A DNA stretch of 64,000 bases from Mobula hypostoma (taxonomy: Eukaryota): contig NC_086097.1 in the NCBI RefSeq assembly GCF_963921235.1, positions 11,656,001-11,720,000 of the forward strand, read 5' to 3'. This document shows positions 44,473 through 57,400 of this stretch, piece by piece. The position numbers were made by a program, and so were the translations under genes. Numbering within the stretch: position 1 is the first letter of the stretch; the number at the start of each line of letters is the position of its first letter. Under the pieces are notes generated by a model. The model was not told where the DNA came from. It did no database searches and saw only the letters and a list, made by a program, of their open reading frames with translations.

Positions 44473-46765
44473 CAGAATCAGGTTTATTATCATCGTCATG
44501 TGTCACGAAATTTGTTAACTTAGCATCAGCAGTTTACTGCAATGAGTAATATAGAAAAAGAAAATAAATAATAATAAGTAAATTAATTAGTGTACATATA
44601 TTGAATAGATTTAAAATAGTGCAAGAAACAGAAATAATATATTTTTAAAAATTGAGGTAGTGTTCATGGGTTCAATGTCCATTTAGGGATCAGATGGTAG
44701 AGGGGAAGAAGCTGTTCCTGAATCGCTGAGTGTGTGCCTTCAGGCTTCTGCATCTCCTAACTAATGGTAACAGTGAGCGTAGGGCATGCTCTAGGTGCTG
44801 GAGGTCCTTTAATGGACGCTACCTTTCCGAGACACTGCTCCTTGAAGGTATCCTGGGTACTTTGTAAGTTAGTACCCAAGATGAAATTGACTAAATTTAC
44901 AACCCACTGCGGCTTTTTTCAGTCCTGTTCCAGTAGCCCCCTCAAACCGGACAGTGATGCAGCCCATCAGAACAGCACATCTATAGAAGTTTTAGAGTGT
45001 ATTTGTTGACATATCGAATCTCTCCAAACTCCTAATGAAGTACAGCCACTGATCTGTCTTCTTTAGAACTACATTGATATGTTGGGACCAGATTAGATCC
45101 TCAGAGATCTTGACACCCAGGAACTTGAAGCTGCTCACTCTCTCCACTTCTGATCCCTCTATGAGGATTGGTATGTGTTCCTTCGTCTTACCCTTCCTGA
45201 AGTCCACAATCAGCTCTTTCGTCTTACTAACATTGAGTGCCAGGTTGTTGCTGTGACACCACTCCACTGGTTGGCCTATCTCATTCCTGTACACTCTCTC
45301 TCATCACCACCTGAGATTCGAGCAATGGTTGTATAGTCAGCAAGTTTATGGATGGTATTTGAGCTATGCCTAGCCACACACGTGGGCATGTGGCCAAGTG
45401 GTGAAGGCATTCGACTAGCGATCTGAAGGTCATGAGTTCGAGCCCCAGCCGAGGCAGCATGTTGTGTCCTTGAGCAAGGCACTTAATCAGTGCTCCGTGA
45501 CGACATTGGTGCCAAGCTGTATGAGTCCTAATGCCCTTCCCTTGGACAACATTGGTGTCATGGAGAGGGGAGACTTGCAGCATGGGCAACTGCCTGTATT
45601 CCATACAACATTGCCCAGGCCTGCGCCCTGGAGAGTGAAGACTTTCCAGGCGCTGATCCATGGTCTTGCAAGACTAAAGGATGCCTTTATTTATTTTCTA
45701 GCCACACAAACATGGGTATATAGAGAATAAAGCAGTGGGCTAAGTACAAACCCAAGGTGCACTAGTGTTGATCGTCAGCAAGGGGGGGGAGATGTTATCA
45801 CTATTCCACACAGATTGTGGTCTTCTGGTTAGGAAGTCGAGGATCCAATTGCAGAGGGAGGTACAGAGGCCCAGGTTCTGCAATGTTCCAATCAGGATTG
45901 AGAGAATGATGGTAATAAGTGCTGAGCTATAGTCGATGAACAGCATCCTGAGGTAGGTGTTTGTGTTGTCCAGGTGGTCTAAAGCCACATGGAGTGCCAT
46001 TGAGATTGCATTTGCCTTTGACCTTTTGTCATAATAGGAAAATTGCAATGGGTCCAGGTCCTTACTGAGGCAGGGACTCAGTCTAGTCATGACCAACCTC
46101 TCAAAGCACTTCATCACTATAGACATGAGTGCTACCAGGCAATAGTCATTAAGGCAGCTCACATTATTCTTCTTAGGCACTGGTGTAATTATTGCCTTTT
46201 TGAAGCAAGTGAGAGCATCCACCCATAGCAGTGAGAGTTTGAAAATGTCCATGAATACTCCCACTAGTTTGGCACAGGTTTTCAGAGCCTTACCAGATAC
46301 TCCATCAGGACCTTCCTCCTTTTGAGGGTTCACTCTCTTTAAAGACAGTCTAACATTGGCCTCAGACAGAGATCACAGGGTCATCAGGTGCAGCAGGGAT
46401 CTCCACAGCTGTAGTTGTATTCTCCCTTTCAAAGCGGGCATAGAAGGTGTTGAGTTCATCTGGTAGTGAAGCATCACTGACATTCATGCTATTGGGTTTC
46501 ACTTTGTAGGAAGTAATGTCTTGCAAGCCCTGGCTACATTGTTATGCATCCAATGTTGCCTCCAACCTCATTCAAAATTGTCTTTTCACCCTTGAAATAG
46601 CCCTCCACAAATCATACTTGCTTTTCTCATACAGGCCTGGGTCACCAGACGTGAATGCCACAGATCTAGCCTTCAGCAGACAATGTACCTCCTGGTTCAT
46701 CCACAGCTTTTGGTTTGGGAATGTGCAGTAGGTCTTTGTAGGCACACACTCATCCACACAGTGTT
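44473..46765 (-). pseudogene. Rex1/Babar LINE RT pseudogene, split by a SINE
   Basis: ORFs 45740-46333 ([38 protein letters not shown]) and 44992-45294. Confidence 0.9.
45381..45697 (+). mobile_element. tRNA-derived SINE with CORE-like domain, 11-bp TSD
   Basis: A box TGGCCAAGTGG, B box GAGTTCGAGCC, GTGTCCTTGAGCAAGGCACTTAA; TSD CTAGCCACACA at 45370-80 and 45698-708. Confidence 0.85.
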
Positions 46766-48172
46766 GGCAATGACTCAAGCCCAGGAGCAGACAGTGACAG
46801 GCTCACACCTCAACCCAAGAGTGTAGGAACAGCAGCATCCCCTGGAGGAGGAATGAACTAGAGGTTAGACATAGAAATACTAGTACAGCCTCAAAGGAGT
46901 AACTAAGCATCACCATCAGACAATTCATTCTCTTACACAATAACTCTGCTAAGGCACCAATCGAGGTTCCTCTTTAAATAATCACAGAATGCACAAACCT
47001 TGGGCCAGTCACAATTAACTTGACAAGATTAAGCACAAGGACTTAACAGTTCTAGTTAAGGTAATAATTAGTAAATACAGATGCTCAAGAACCCTGGAAG
47101 CTCATTGCTCTGTAGAGCTTGTGACAAGTGCTGGTAAACAGGATTACTATGGATGGGCGAACAATGAATACAATGGGTCAAAGAGCCTGGGCCTGTGCAG
47201 TATGATTCTCCAACCAAATGGCAATTTACAAGCTGAGTCCATCAACAGCAGCTATTGTATTATGTGCTTAATTCAAGCAATTGAAGATGAATTTTTATCA
47301 GTTACTCGAAGCAGGACAGAGGAGAAGGAAGCTGGCAGCAAATCTAAGGAGAGATATCTGCCTTGGATTGATCGACGGTCCATTCTTTCATTCCGTACCC
47401 ATTAAAGCAAGGCCTGCTCCTCTAAGGAACTTCTGAACAGTGGGAAGCTAGTTACACAGCTGCTTCAGAAACACTTAACCTGGTCCAAGTGTAGATTTCT
47501 AATGTACCAAATCACTTCCTATTCACTGCCATTGCACAGTGCTTCTGATCCAGACATAACACTTGAATATATAATCTTGATTCAAACATACAATTTTCCT
47601 CAATTATTCATATTTTCAATGCTGAGCACACTGAATATCATTAGCACATTGCCTAATTTCACCCTTAGTGCAGCATGTTAGAAGACTGTGCTTTCTCACA
47701 TTAACACCTTCCTGTAACACGATGAAATTATGATCTAAGTCAATATGTGATCTTATCGGTTTTATCCTCCCAAATGCACCAAGGTGGAGCGGGATAAAAG
47801 AAGGGTTTTCAGAACTTTGTGATATAGAGCTGGAAGTGTGTGTCTTTTCCCTGAGGGCCTTGTAACAAGGCTGCCTTGATGCAGATTTTACTTAGACCTA
47901 CATTTCTGGGCCTGCCTTGAGCGAACGCTGCATAAATCCATATGTTCATTTTCAAAAATGTGCATTATTACTAGTTAACTCCTGCTCTTCGAAAAAATAA
48001 CACCAGTAATAATGCCCTCCTGGCAACGTTTGATGGTATGTCCTCCTTTCACATGTCAAAAGGTGTTATAATAGCCTTTTTCCTGATGTCAGCTGAATTG
48101 AGTTCTCTAATAGCTCAGTTCAGATACCAGGCCCTCACTAAAGCCGCTCTTGTTATTTTTTGACACAAAGCG

Positions 48173-48190
48173 CGACGCCATCTGGCGCAC
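48173..48190 (-). promoter_or_regulatory. Candidate CTCF binding site
   Basis: Minus strand GCGCCAGATGGCGT is close to the CTCF core CCASYAGRKGGCR; CpGs retained in CpG-poor DNA. Confidence 0.4.
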
Positions 48191-49254
48191 ATACAAGTGA
48201 GGAAATATGCAGGAAAGGAAAGAGAATTTTCCAGAGCAGATTTTCAGTATCAAAAAGTTTGGCAGGAATACAGAAAAAAATTGAGAGCTGTCGGTGTGGA
48301 GATATGACAAGTTGTTAGTAGCACACAACCGTTGTCACGCAGGTCAGAGGGACTCATCCGATCTTGCAGGTTCAGTCTTTTAGGAGAAGTGGGAAAAACT
48401 GCAGGGCAATAGACGCAGAGCAGGGAAATGGATTAAATGTCTCTTTCGGAGCTGGCATTTATACAGTGGTCTCCTTCTGTGTTGGAGGACTTTATGATTC
48501 ACTGACCTCAGCTCGAGGTACTGTGCACGGGGCCAGGATTAAGTGTGATAGCAGATGCTGACACAGAAATACTGCTCCTGCCCTGACCGTAGTTATTTCA
48601 GATTATTTTTCTTCACAGGTTTGGATGATGGGCAAGTCTAAACAGTGCTTCCACATGACTGTCCAACTAAAACTATCCATCTGGTTTTACGACTATTTTA
48701 AATAGGAAATCGGCAGCCCAGAAGAGTGTTTTGAAGCCAAACGTGTGATTGTTAGGGATACTAAAACTGCGTGTGCTTCAATAGAGGTTTAATGTGGTTA
48801 AAGACAATGCATTGGGCCAAAGCAAAAATACTTCTAAAACATTGTTTTTCATTTCTTACACCAGCCATTATCTGTGTAACACAGCCAGTTTAATGCTGAC
48901 CTCTGAAGAACATATCATATATTTGTGGCCAGAAACCATTATGACCTGCGTTCAGGAAATTTCAAATTGCAATGGAACAGGTTTGCACTCATTTTCTTGA
49001 GGAAATTTTCACATTGGCAGGAAGAGCTCTGAGCAGGAGGACAACGGGAAAAGTTTACTTCACAATAGTTCCTTTCACTGGTATCTGAGTTTTGCATGTG
49101 GTCCTATCTCCTAATTTACCAAGAATTACATGGACATATCACACAGTACAGAATGAGGTTACAACGTCCAACCAGTGCAAGCCATTGTTAATGAACTGAA
49201 CCACCTCCAGTCTTTCTGAATTCCTTGTTCCGGTAACTATTTTCCATGGATTGA

Positions 49255-49450
49255 CTCTAGAACATAGAACATAGGACAGTTTCACACAGGAACAGGTACC
49301 TCGGCCCATAATGTTGTGCCAAACCAAATAAACTAGTAACCGAATGGCCAACTAAACTAATCCCTTCTGCCTACACTATGTTCATATCCCTCCTTTCTAT
49401 CTAAACATCTATTAAATGTCTCCAGTGTGTCTGCTTCTACCCACCAGCCC
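49255..49450 (-). mobile_element. CR1 3' end
   Basis: tagaacatagaacatag tail. Confidence 0.7.
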
Positions 49451-49760
49451 AGACTCCAGTTTTGCTCTTGCTTGTTGCAGGAAATCCATGCCATTAAAGC
49501 TAATCACAACTTTAATGAAGATGCAAGAGGCTGCAGGTGATGGAATGTGGAGCAATAAGCAAATTGCTGGAAGATCAGAGTGGGTCAAGCAGCATGGGAT
49601 AGTCGACGTTTCAGGTCGGGACCCTGCATGCGAAACATCAACTGCTCCTTTGCCTCCGCAGATGCTGCTTGATTTGCTGAGTTCCTCCAGAAGTTCACTT
49701 ATTGCTTCACAGATTTAATGGGTCAGGTCTCAGCCTTTTCCTTTCCGACATAAAGAAATC

Positions 49761-50015
49761 TGTTGTGTATTTAATATTTCAGTAATACTTGAGTAATCTA
49801 ATGGGTATATATATATTGTTTGATTAAGCATTCTTGTTCCTTCAAATAATTCATTACAGGTCATATGTATAAATATGTTAATTGCATATGTCATCACGCT
49901 ACCACATGATATGTGCCTGCCTTGCTTAAGGTAAACTCAAAGTTTGACTTGCATTCCTGGACTCTCATATCTTTCTTTAAACCGGTTTAATGTTTTGAAG
50001 TTACAAATCATAACA
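49761..50015 (+). mobile_element. Solo LTR of the family flanking the RBM25-carrying Gypsy element
   Basis: TGTTG...TAACA termini; alignable over its whole length with 29029-28789(-); no clear TSD. Confidence 0.75.
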
Positions 50016-50111
50016 AGGCATATCTTTTACCTTCCGCAGATGCTGCTTGACCTGCTGTGACCCTAAATCACCCTAGTAATTCATTCTAACTTGGCATTCC
50101 TATTCATCCTG

Positions 50112-50405
50112 GGGATCCGCAGTAGTGTAGCGATTAGCATGACATTATTACAGCTCAGGGCGTCGGAGTTCCGAGTTTAATTCCAACGTCCACTGTAACA
50201 AGTTTGTAGTTTCTTCCCATTAGCACATGGGTTTCTTCCGGGTGCTCCAGTTACCTTCCACATTTCAAAGATGTACTGGCTAGTAGGTTAGTTGGTCATT
50301 GCAAATTTTCCTGTAATTAGACCAGAGTTAAAATAGGTGGGACGCCAGGTTGTGCAGATCATTGGGATAAAAGGGCCTGTTCTGTCCTATATCTCTAAAT
50401 AAATA
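50112..50405 (+). mobile_element. V-domain SINE
   Basis: tRNA head + GGGTTTCTTCCGGGTGCTCCAG core. Confidence 0.75.
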
Positions 50406-50729
50406 TATAGTATTCTTGTGCAGTTTTGTGCCTTTTCAGATGCCTCTATGTGCTTCTGTAACAAAATTACCACTGTATATTTATATGTAGTACTCTAGGA
50501 ATAGTCAAACAATGTCAGACACAAACATAATATAACCTTTTATTTCTGTCCCTGTATTTGCTGATTTGTTTCTTAACCTGCATCATTTCATTTATTGATT
50601 TGTTTACTTGTACTCCAAACCATTTACCTCCTTTTTAGAAACTTATTTTTAAAGCAATATTGGACATCTTTACTTTTTTTTTTCCAAAATGTAAGATCTC
50701 ACTCTCAACTATGTTGAACTTCATTTTGT

Positions 50730-50900
50730 AGAGTCATAGAAAAGTACAACATAGAAACAGTTCCTTTGGCCCATCTAGTCCGTGTTGAGCCATTTAAACT
50801 GCCGACTCCATCGACCTGCTCCTGGACCATAGCCCCCCATACCCCTGCCATCTGTGTACCTACCCAAACTTCTCTTAAACTTTGAAATTGAGTTTGCAAG
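50730..50900 (-). mobile_element. CR1 3' end
   Basis: Same tail as 8320-8610 and 61205-61460. Confidence 0.7.
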
Positions 50901-51044
50901 CCCTTCCTGAATTTTCTCTTCTGATGGTCAAGTTAGTGAATCAAACTGTTTTCCAAAGTTTGCAAAGGATTCCGGTTGTATTTCTAATGGTGGGACAGCT
51001 CCACTGTCTGCTCAATGGTTACTGTATTTGAAAAGTGACCATGA

Positions 51045-51930
51045 AACACAGGCAAACAAGAGAAAATCTGCAGATGCTGGAAATCCAAGCAACACACAAA
51101 ATACAGGAGGAACTCAGGAGACAAGGCAGCATCTATGAAAATAAGTATAATCAACATTTGTGGTGGAGCCCCGTCATCGGGGCTCAATCACAGTCCTGAG
51201 TTTAAAGTTGCATCCTAAAGATGGCAGCTCTATCTTTAATGATTATAAGGCATATGCATGTGTTTTCTGATGTTGCTCAGTTTGGTGAACAAGTAGTAAA
51301 TACTGGGGGGACTGCTTTGTTGAGCACCTCTGTTCCATCCACAAAAAGTGGAATTTCCCAGTGGCCAACCATTGCAATTCCTATCCGCATTCTCATTCCA
51401 ACATGTCAGTCCGTGGCTTTCTCTTCTGCCATGTTGAGGCCACTCTCAGTGTGGAGGAGCAACACCTCATGGTCGATCTAGGTAGCCCCTAACCTGATGA
51501 TTTCTCTTCTTCCAGTAATTTTTTTTTCAATCCCCTTCCCCCTTCTTCTTTTCCCCACTTACCTCTTCTCCTCACTTCCCTATCATCTTCCGCTGGTGTC
51601 CCTCCTCCTTTCCTTTCTTCCATGGTCAATTCTCTTTTCCTATCAAATTCGTTCTTTTCAGCCCTTTGTCTTTTCCTCCTATCACTTCCCAGCTTCTTAC
51701 ATAATCCTCCCTGCCCACCCACCTGGCTTCACCTCTTAGAACTCCTTCCCCTCCTCCCACCTATTTATTGTGACAACTTCACCCCTTCCTTTCCAATCCT
51801 GCTGAAGGGGCTCAGCCTGAAACATTAACTGTTTATTCCTCTCCATCGACGCTGCCTGACCTGCTGAGGTCCTCCAGCATTTTGTGTGTGTTGCTTTGGA
51901 TTACAACATCCAGAATCTCCTGTATTACTG
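51045..51930 (+). mobile_element. Penelope-like element: inverted terminus (51045-51200,-) + GIY-YIG C-terminal remnant + pseudo-LTR
   Basis: 51305-51495 reads FVEHLCSIHK..FPVANHCNS.PHSHSNMSV.G...EEQHL..LGS (PLE endonuclease C-terminus), followed by a pyrimidine tract and a degenerate hammerhead. Confidence 0.75.
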
Positions 51931-52239
51931 TTTAAAATTCCTTGGGTTGAAAAATACATTTCTGATAAGGAAGTCTGAAAAAAAAATGTTTGTGCTAGGT
52001 GCAAATGGTTAAAAATATAGAACTCACTATCTGATCATGAGGTTGAGCAGAAGTGGAATGTTGCACTTAAGGTGTGTCTAGATAACGATATGAGCATAAA
52101 AATTGAAAAGAAAGATTTGGTTATTTGTAGGGATTCAGCTGGTTGAAGGTGGTTTATACAGAATATGATGACAGGAACTGACCTGATTGATCACGCGCTC
52201 TATTTCTATAAAGTAAAATCAACATGTTCTCGATATCTA

Positions 52240-52790
52240 CGGCTTACTTTTTTCTTTGTCTTTTGTATTTTCAGTTTGTTGTCCTTTGCACGTTGGTTGT
52301 TTGTCCGTCCTGTTGGGTGCAGTCTTTCATTGATTCTGTTCTTGGATTTACTGAGTATGCTTGCTAGAAATTGAATCTCAGGGTTGTATATGGTGACGTA
52401 TATGTACTTTGATGATAAATTTACTTTGAACTTTGAACTTTGAAAATGTAGGTTCTTACATCCCAATTTAACCTGGGTCAATAATATGCAAGCCAATCAC
52501 AGAAAATTTATTATCTAAGTACATATATGTCACCATATACTTTTCTTGTGGGCATTAACAATAGATACAAAGAAATGCAATAGAATCACGAGAAAGATGG
52601 AGAAACAACCAATCTACAAAAGACAATAAACTATGCAAATCTAAAAAAATGAAACATGATCATAATAATAATAGTAATAATAATAATAATCCTAAAGCAA
52701 CAAATATCGAGAACATGAGTTGTAGAGTCCTTAAAAGTGAGTTTATAGATTGTGGAATCCATTCAGTTTCGGAATGAGTGAAGTTAATCT
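52240..52790. mobile_element. Two Rex1-type 3' UTR fragments, tail to tail
   Basis: (CTTTGAA)n tail at 52425-52443; reverse copy from ~52500. Confidence 0.55.
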
Positions 52791-52898
52791 TGGATAATCT
52801 TGGAAATGGACTCATTTAAACTATTGAGTGTGAACTTTAGACTTGCTGCCTTTACAGTTAACTGCTTAGGGAAGGAGCACCTGAGCAAAGAAGCTGGG

Positions 52899-53025
52899 CT
52901 TTCAAATCTCTTACTAACTCTTCCTTCAGTTAGTCCTGACAAAGGGTCTCGGCCTGAAACGTCGACTGTACCTCATCCTAGAGATGCTGCCTGGCCTGCT
53001 GCGTTCACCAGCAACTTTGATGTGT
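52899..53025 (+). mobile_element. 127-bp PLE-derived unit with 9-bp TSD
   Basis: GAAGCTGGG at 52890-98 and 53026-34; hammerhead core mutated (CTGACAA). Confidence 0.8.
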
Positions 53026-54099
53026 GAAGCTGGGAATTATACTTTTTGTAGTTTAGTTCATCAGTTCACAAACTCCCAGCACTGGGAGAACAAGGTACCG
53101 TTAATCACCGATACCAAAATAGTCCAGCCACTAAAAGATGCCATCTCACTGCGGATCATCAGCTTGTTACTCAGAGAGAGACAGGACAGTAAATTAGACT
53201 TATGGCTCAATGCTTGACAGAAATAGGTCTCTCTGATAGTTTAAGGGAGTAGTGATAGTTCGCCAGGGTGCTTAGATTAGGGGGAGGGTGGGTTGTGGGT
53301 GGGGGGAAGGGAGTCAGTGGCAGTGTCAGAATCATTTCTACCCTGGCACCCTGGTGCCTCTGATCTTTCTGAAAATTCCGGGCACGCGTGCTTCATTACC
53401 GAGAGACACCAGGGACTTGTTTTTTGCAAGATTAATGAGCGCCACGGAAATTCTCCGGCGCATCTTGATAATTAAGTCTTTGTTTATCAAAAAACAAGTT
53501 ATATTAGGAGCAGAAAATTCACAGTAATTATTCATAATCCTAACAATTCAAGTGTAGCTACCTCATTTGCCTGTGTAATGCTGCTTTTTAATTTCTTGCA
53601 TATATTTGCATATTAATTTTGTCCGTCGGCTGCGGCAGGTTTTTGACAGCTTCTCTCTCTGCTTTTCTCTTCCCTCATTTTTGCAGGAGCGCGACTCAGC
53701 TGGGTGGCATTTTGACTGGGTGTAATGATAAATTATGAATTTTCTAATTTGCTGCATAATCATTTAACTCCTTCTGTCCCTAATTGGGAAGGTGGCACAG
53801 ACCAATTTTTTTTTTTGGCTTATATTACAGAGATAGAAAGGCCATCACAACGCATGGTTATTCACCAGCGAAGGCCAGATAACAAAGGAGCAGATTACTT
53901 GCTGAAACAAATTCAAAAAGTTTAGGCATATCATTTCAATTTATGAGTAAAGGTCAGGGATTTCAACATAATTTGAGCCCACAGATCAAGTTTCAACCTT
54001 TAATAATCTTCCACTTCAGTCACCTCTTCCAATTCTTCACAGAATGCAGGGAAATTTCTATTATCATGCTTTCTTTCAGGTTACTCTTCTTCCTTCAGA

Positions 54100-55105
54100 G
54101 ATATTTATCGTCAGTGATCCCTCCCATCCGTTCCACAATCTCTTCGAGCAGGCAGGTGGTACAACAGCATTAGGACAAGAACTATTGGGATAGGATACAA
54201 TTTATTCCCACTGGCCTTGACACAACCGAACTCCCTGCCATAACTCAGGTCTCATCACGAATGAAACGCCAGTAGAGTTATACAGTTTAGTTTTTAACTT
54301 GTGTTGTAAATGCACCTCATTATTTGTTAATTTATTTGTGGCAATATTACCTTATGTGTTATGTATGTGAGTTATATGTACTGTGCTGTGCTGTGCATCT
54401 TGGTCCCGGGGAACGTTGTTTTGTTTGGTGATATATGTGTGTACTGTTGAATGACAATAAACTGAACTTGAATTGTACAAAGAACATTATACAGGTGTCA
54501 ATGCAGTTGCAAAGAAGGCAAGTCAGTGGCTATATTTCATCAGGAGTTTGAGGAGATTTAGTCTGTCACCAACAGACACTCGCAAATTTCTAGGGATGTA
54601 CTGTGGAGAGCATTCTAACTGGCTGCATCACCATTTGGTATGGGAGCGGGGCTACAGCACAGGATTGAAATAAGCTGCAGAGAGTTGTAAACTTAGTCAG
54701 CTCCACTATGAGCACTAGCCTCTGAGTATACAGGACATCTTCAAGGAGAGATGCCTCAAAAACAAGGCATCCATCATTAAGGACCTCCCCCCCCCCCATC
54801 ACCCAGGACATGCCCTCTTCTCATTGACGCCATCAGGAAGGAGGTATAGAAGTCTGAAAGTACACACTCAATGATTCAGAAACAGCTTCTTCCCCTTTGC
54901 CATCTGATTTCTGAATGGACATTAAACCCATGAACACCACCTCACTACATATTTTAATTTTAATTTTTACACTGCTTATTTAATTTAACTATCACATTAA
55001 TTCAGATTTTTTTTTCTCCATTATTGTGTACTGCAATGTACTGCTGCCACAAAGACAACAAATTTCATGACATATGCCAGTGATATTAAACCTGATTCTG
55101 ATATT
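54100..55105 (+). mobile_element. Two Rex1/Babar 3' fragments
   Basis: KKASQWLYFIRSLRRF, SILTGCITIWYG, KASIIKD; CTTGAA and CTGATT tails. Confidence 0.8.
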
Positions 55106-55469
55106 ATGAGTTCTCTCTATTAATCAGGCAGCCATAAAGACTGCATGTTATGGGACAGCTTTGAGAGAGCTATATGATCTACTTTATGTACAAATCAGAT
55201 TTTAAGTTGTAGTTGAGAGTGGGTAGGTTCCTAATCAATTTAATTATTTTGAGTGGTACTATTAACAGAAAGGACTGCACAGGAATGTCTGTCGACTCTC
55301 AGATGGTGTGACTAAACAACATACTGCCACGTTAGCACGAAAGTACTTGATACTGTGTTGCTTGAGGAACACTCTAGCTTTTCAGACCTTATGTAATGCC
55401 TCAATCATTAACTTTGTCAATATTCAGGCTCTCACTTCTAACATCCAAGAACTGATATCAAAACTTTGC

Positions 55470-55845
55470 TGATGGTAAGATGGGGATCAGCAGCCATTGT
55501 TTGCAGCTCTTCTAAGAGAAGGAAAACTCTGATCTCAAACTTCTGCTGCCTTGTGGCTATACCCACTCATGGGGAAGACTTCAGGAGTAAATCTCGAGGA
55601 AAAATCTGGAGCTGGAGTCCCTAAGGCAGTCCAACATTGAGTTTATCGCTGACGGGTACTTCTACGATACCGCTGGTAAACTGTATTGTTTCTGCTGTTC
55701 CTTTGGATTCATCAGCTGCGTGGAGAGGAGCAGCCTACTGCATAGGCATCAGTTTGCCCTCCGTATCGTACTGTCCTCGCTTGTGTGTAGGTGGACAGCT
55801 CGGAAGCAACATCCATTGTCAACCCCGACCCATGAAGGGCTTCAA
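55470..55845 (+). mobile_element. RTE-related non-autonomous element
   Basis: GAGAAGGAAAACTCTGATCTCAAAC RTE-like 5' motif; 3' part resembles the SINE at 45560-45690. Confidence 0.45.
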
Positions 55846-55927
55846 TCAGTAAATAATGTTGCAAAGCTTCCTAGAAAGTGCACTCATAGAACGACGGCCT
55901 TAAGAGAACTCAGGCGATACATGAATT

Positions 55928-56192
55928 GTCCTTTGGAACAGAGATGAGGAGGAATTTCCTTAGCCAGAGAGTGGTGAATCTGTGGAATTCGTTGCCACAG
56001 GCAGCTGTGGAGGCCAAGTCATTGTGTATATTTAAAGCGGAGGTTGATAGGTTCTTGATTAGTAAGGGCATCAAAGATTGTGGGGAGAAGGCGGGAGAAT
56101 GGGGTTGAGAAAGATAGTAAATCAGTCATGACGGAATGGTGAAGCAGACTCAATGGGCCAAATGGCCGTTTTCTACTATCTCTTATGGTCTT
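55928..56192 (+). mobile_element. CR1 3' end
   Basis: TEMRRNFLSQRVVNLWNSLP. Confidence 0.85.
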
Positions 56193-56989
56193 GCAGTGTG
56201 AATGGTCTGGTGCTAAGGGGAAGGAAGGAAGTTTGAGGGAATTTTTCTCAGTTACTTTAAGTTCCATGTCTGCAGTGTGGTTTGGGTATGACTGAGAGTA
56301 CATGGTGTGCAGGTCATTCGGCCAATCAGCTTTGTGCCAGCTCTTTTGAATAGCTTCCAATCCATAGCTTTTCATACCATAATTGTTGGAGATTTTATCC
56401 CATTCAAAATTATTTAATTGCTGTTCATCAGTTCCCTGGTGAAGGTAAATCACTCCAAGTCATTTCCATTGATTGCTTTAACAGGTGCATTAAATTTGTT
56501 GTCTTCGTTATCGAGTCTTCATCCAGTGGAAGCTGTTTACCTTCATTCTCAATCTAAAACCTTCAGGATTTTAAACACTTGTACTGAATTTTTTTTTTCC
56601 CCAAGGAAAACAATCTCCATTTCTCCGATCAATGTATGCAGTGTAGATCCTCAACCCAAGAATCTCTCCAGCCGTTCTTCTCTACCTTCTTTGTATTGCC
56701 TGAAAAGAAACAAAGCCTTCCTAAATTGTCATGCACAAAACTGGGGATGATGCTTCTATAAGAGTTATACTTTATAACAAGTACACTGGCATAGAAAAAC
56801 ATACAGCACATACCAAAACATTGGACCGTAGCCTTGAATTCACAGATATTTCATTACTTGGTATTATTTGTTATGTGCTGTTTGTGATATACACTCAGTG
56901 GTCACTTTATTGGGTACCTCATGAAGAGGTCACTGAGTATATTCATGGTTTTCTGCTTCTGCAGCCACCTGCTTCAAAGTTCAACATTC

Positions 56990-57400
56990 AGAGGGGATGA
57001 AGCTGTTCCTGAATCACAGAAATAATTGTTATTTCAGGCTTCTATACCTCCTTCCTGATGCGAGCAGTGAGAAGATGGCATGTCCTGGGCGGTGGGGGTC
57101 ATTAATAATGGACACCACTCCATGAAAATGTCTTGGATACTACGGAGGCCAGAACCCATGATGGAGCTGCCTGCTTTTACAACCTTCTGTAGCTTTTCTC
57201 GATCCTGTGTAGTAGTGTCACCTCTTCCCCCGCCCCCACACACCCATACCAGACTAGACGCAGCTTGTCAGAATGCTTTCCATGGTAGATCTGTAGAAGT
57301 TTTTGAGTGTTTAAGGTGTCAGACCAAATCTCCTCAAAATCCTAACGACATATAGCCGCTCTCTCACCTTCTTTATAGCTGCATCGATATGTTGGGACCT
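56990..57400 (-). mobile_element. Rex1/Babar RT C-terminal fragment (preceded by Tc1 end 56890-56990)
   Basis: QDREKLQKVVK..SSIMG; TATACACTCAGTGGTCACTTTATT TIR. Confidence 0.7.

Noticed and set aside
45381..45452. tRNA gene
   Set aside because: It is the Pol III head of a TSD-flanked SINE; no complete cloverleaf or terminator.
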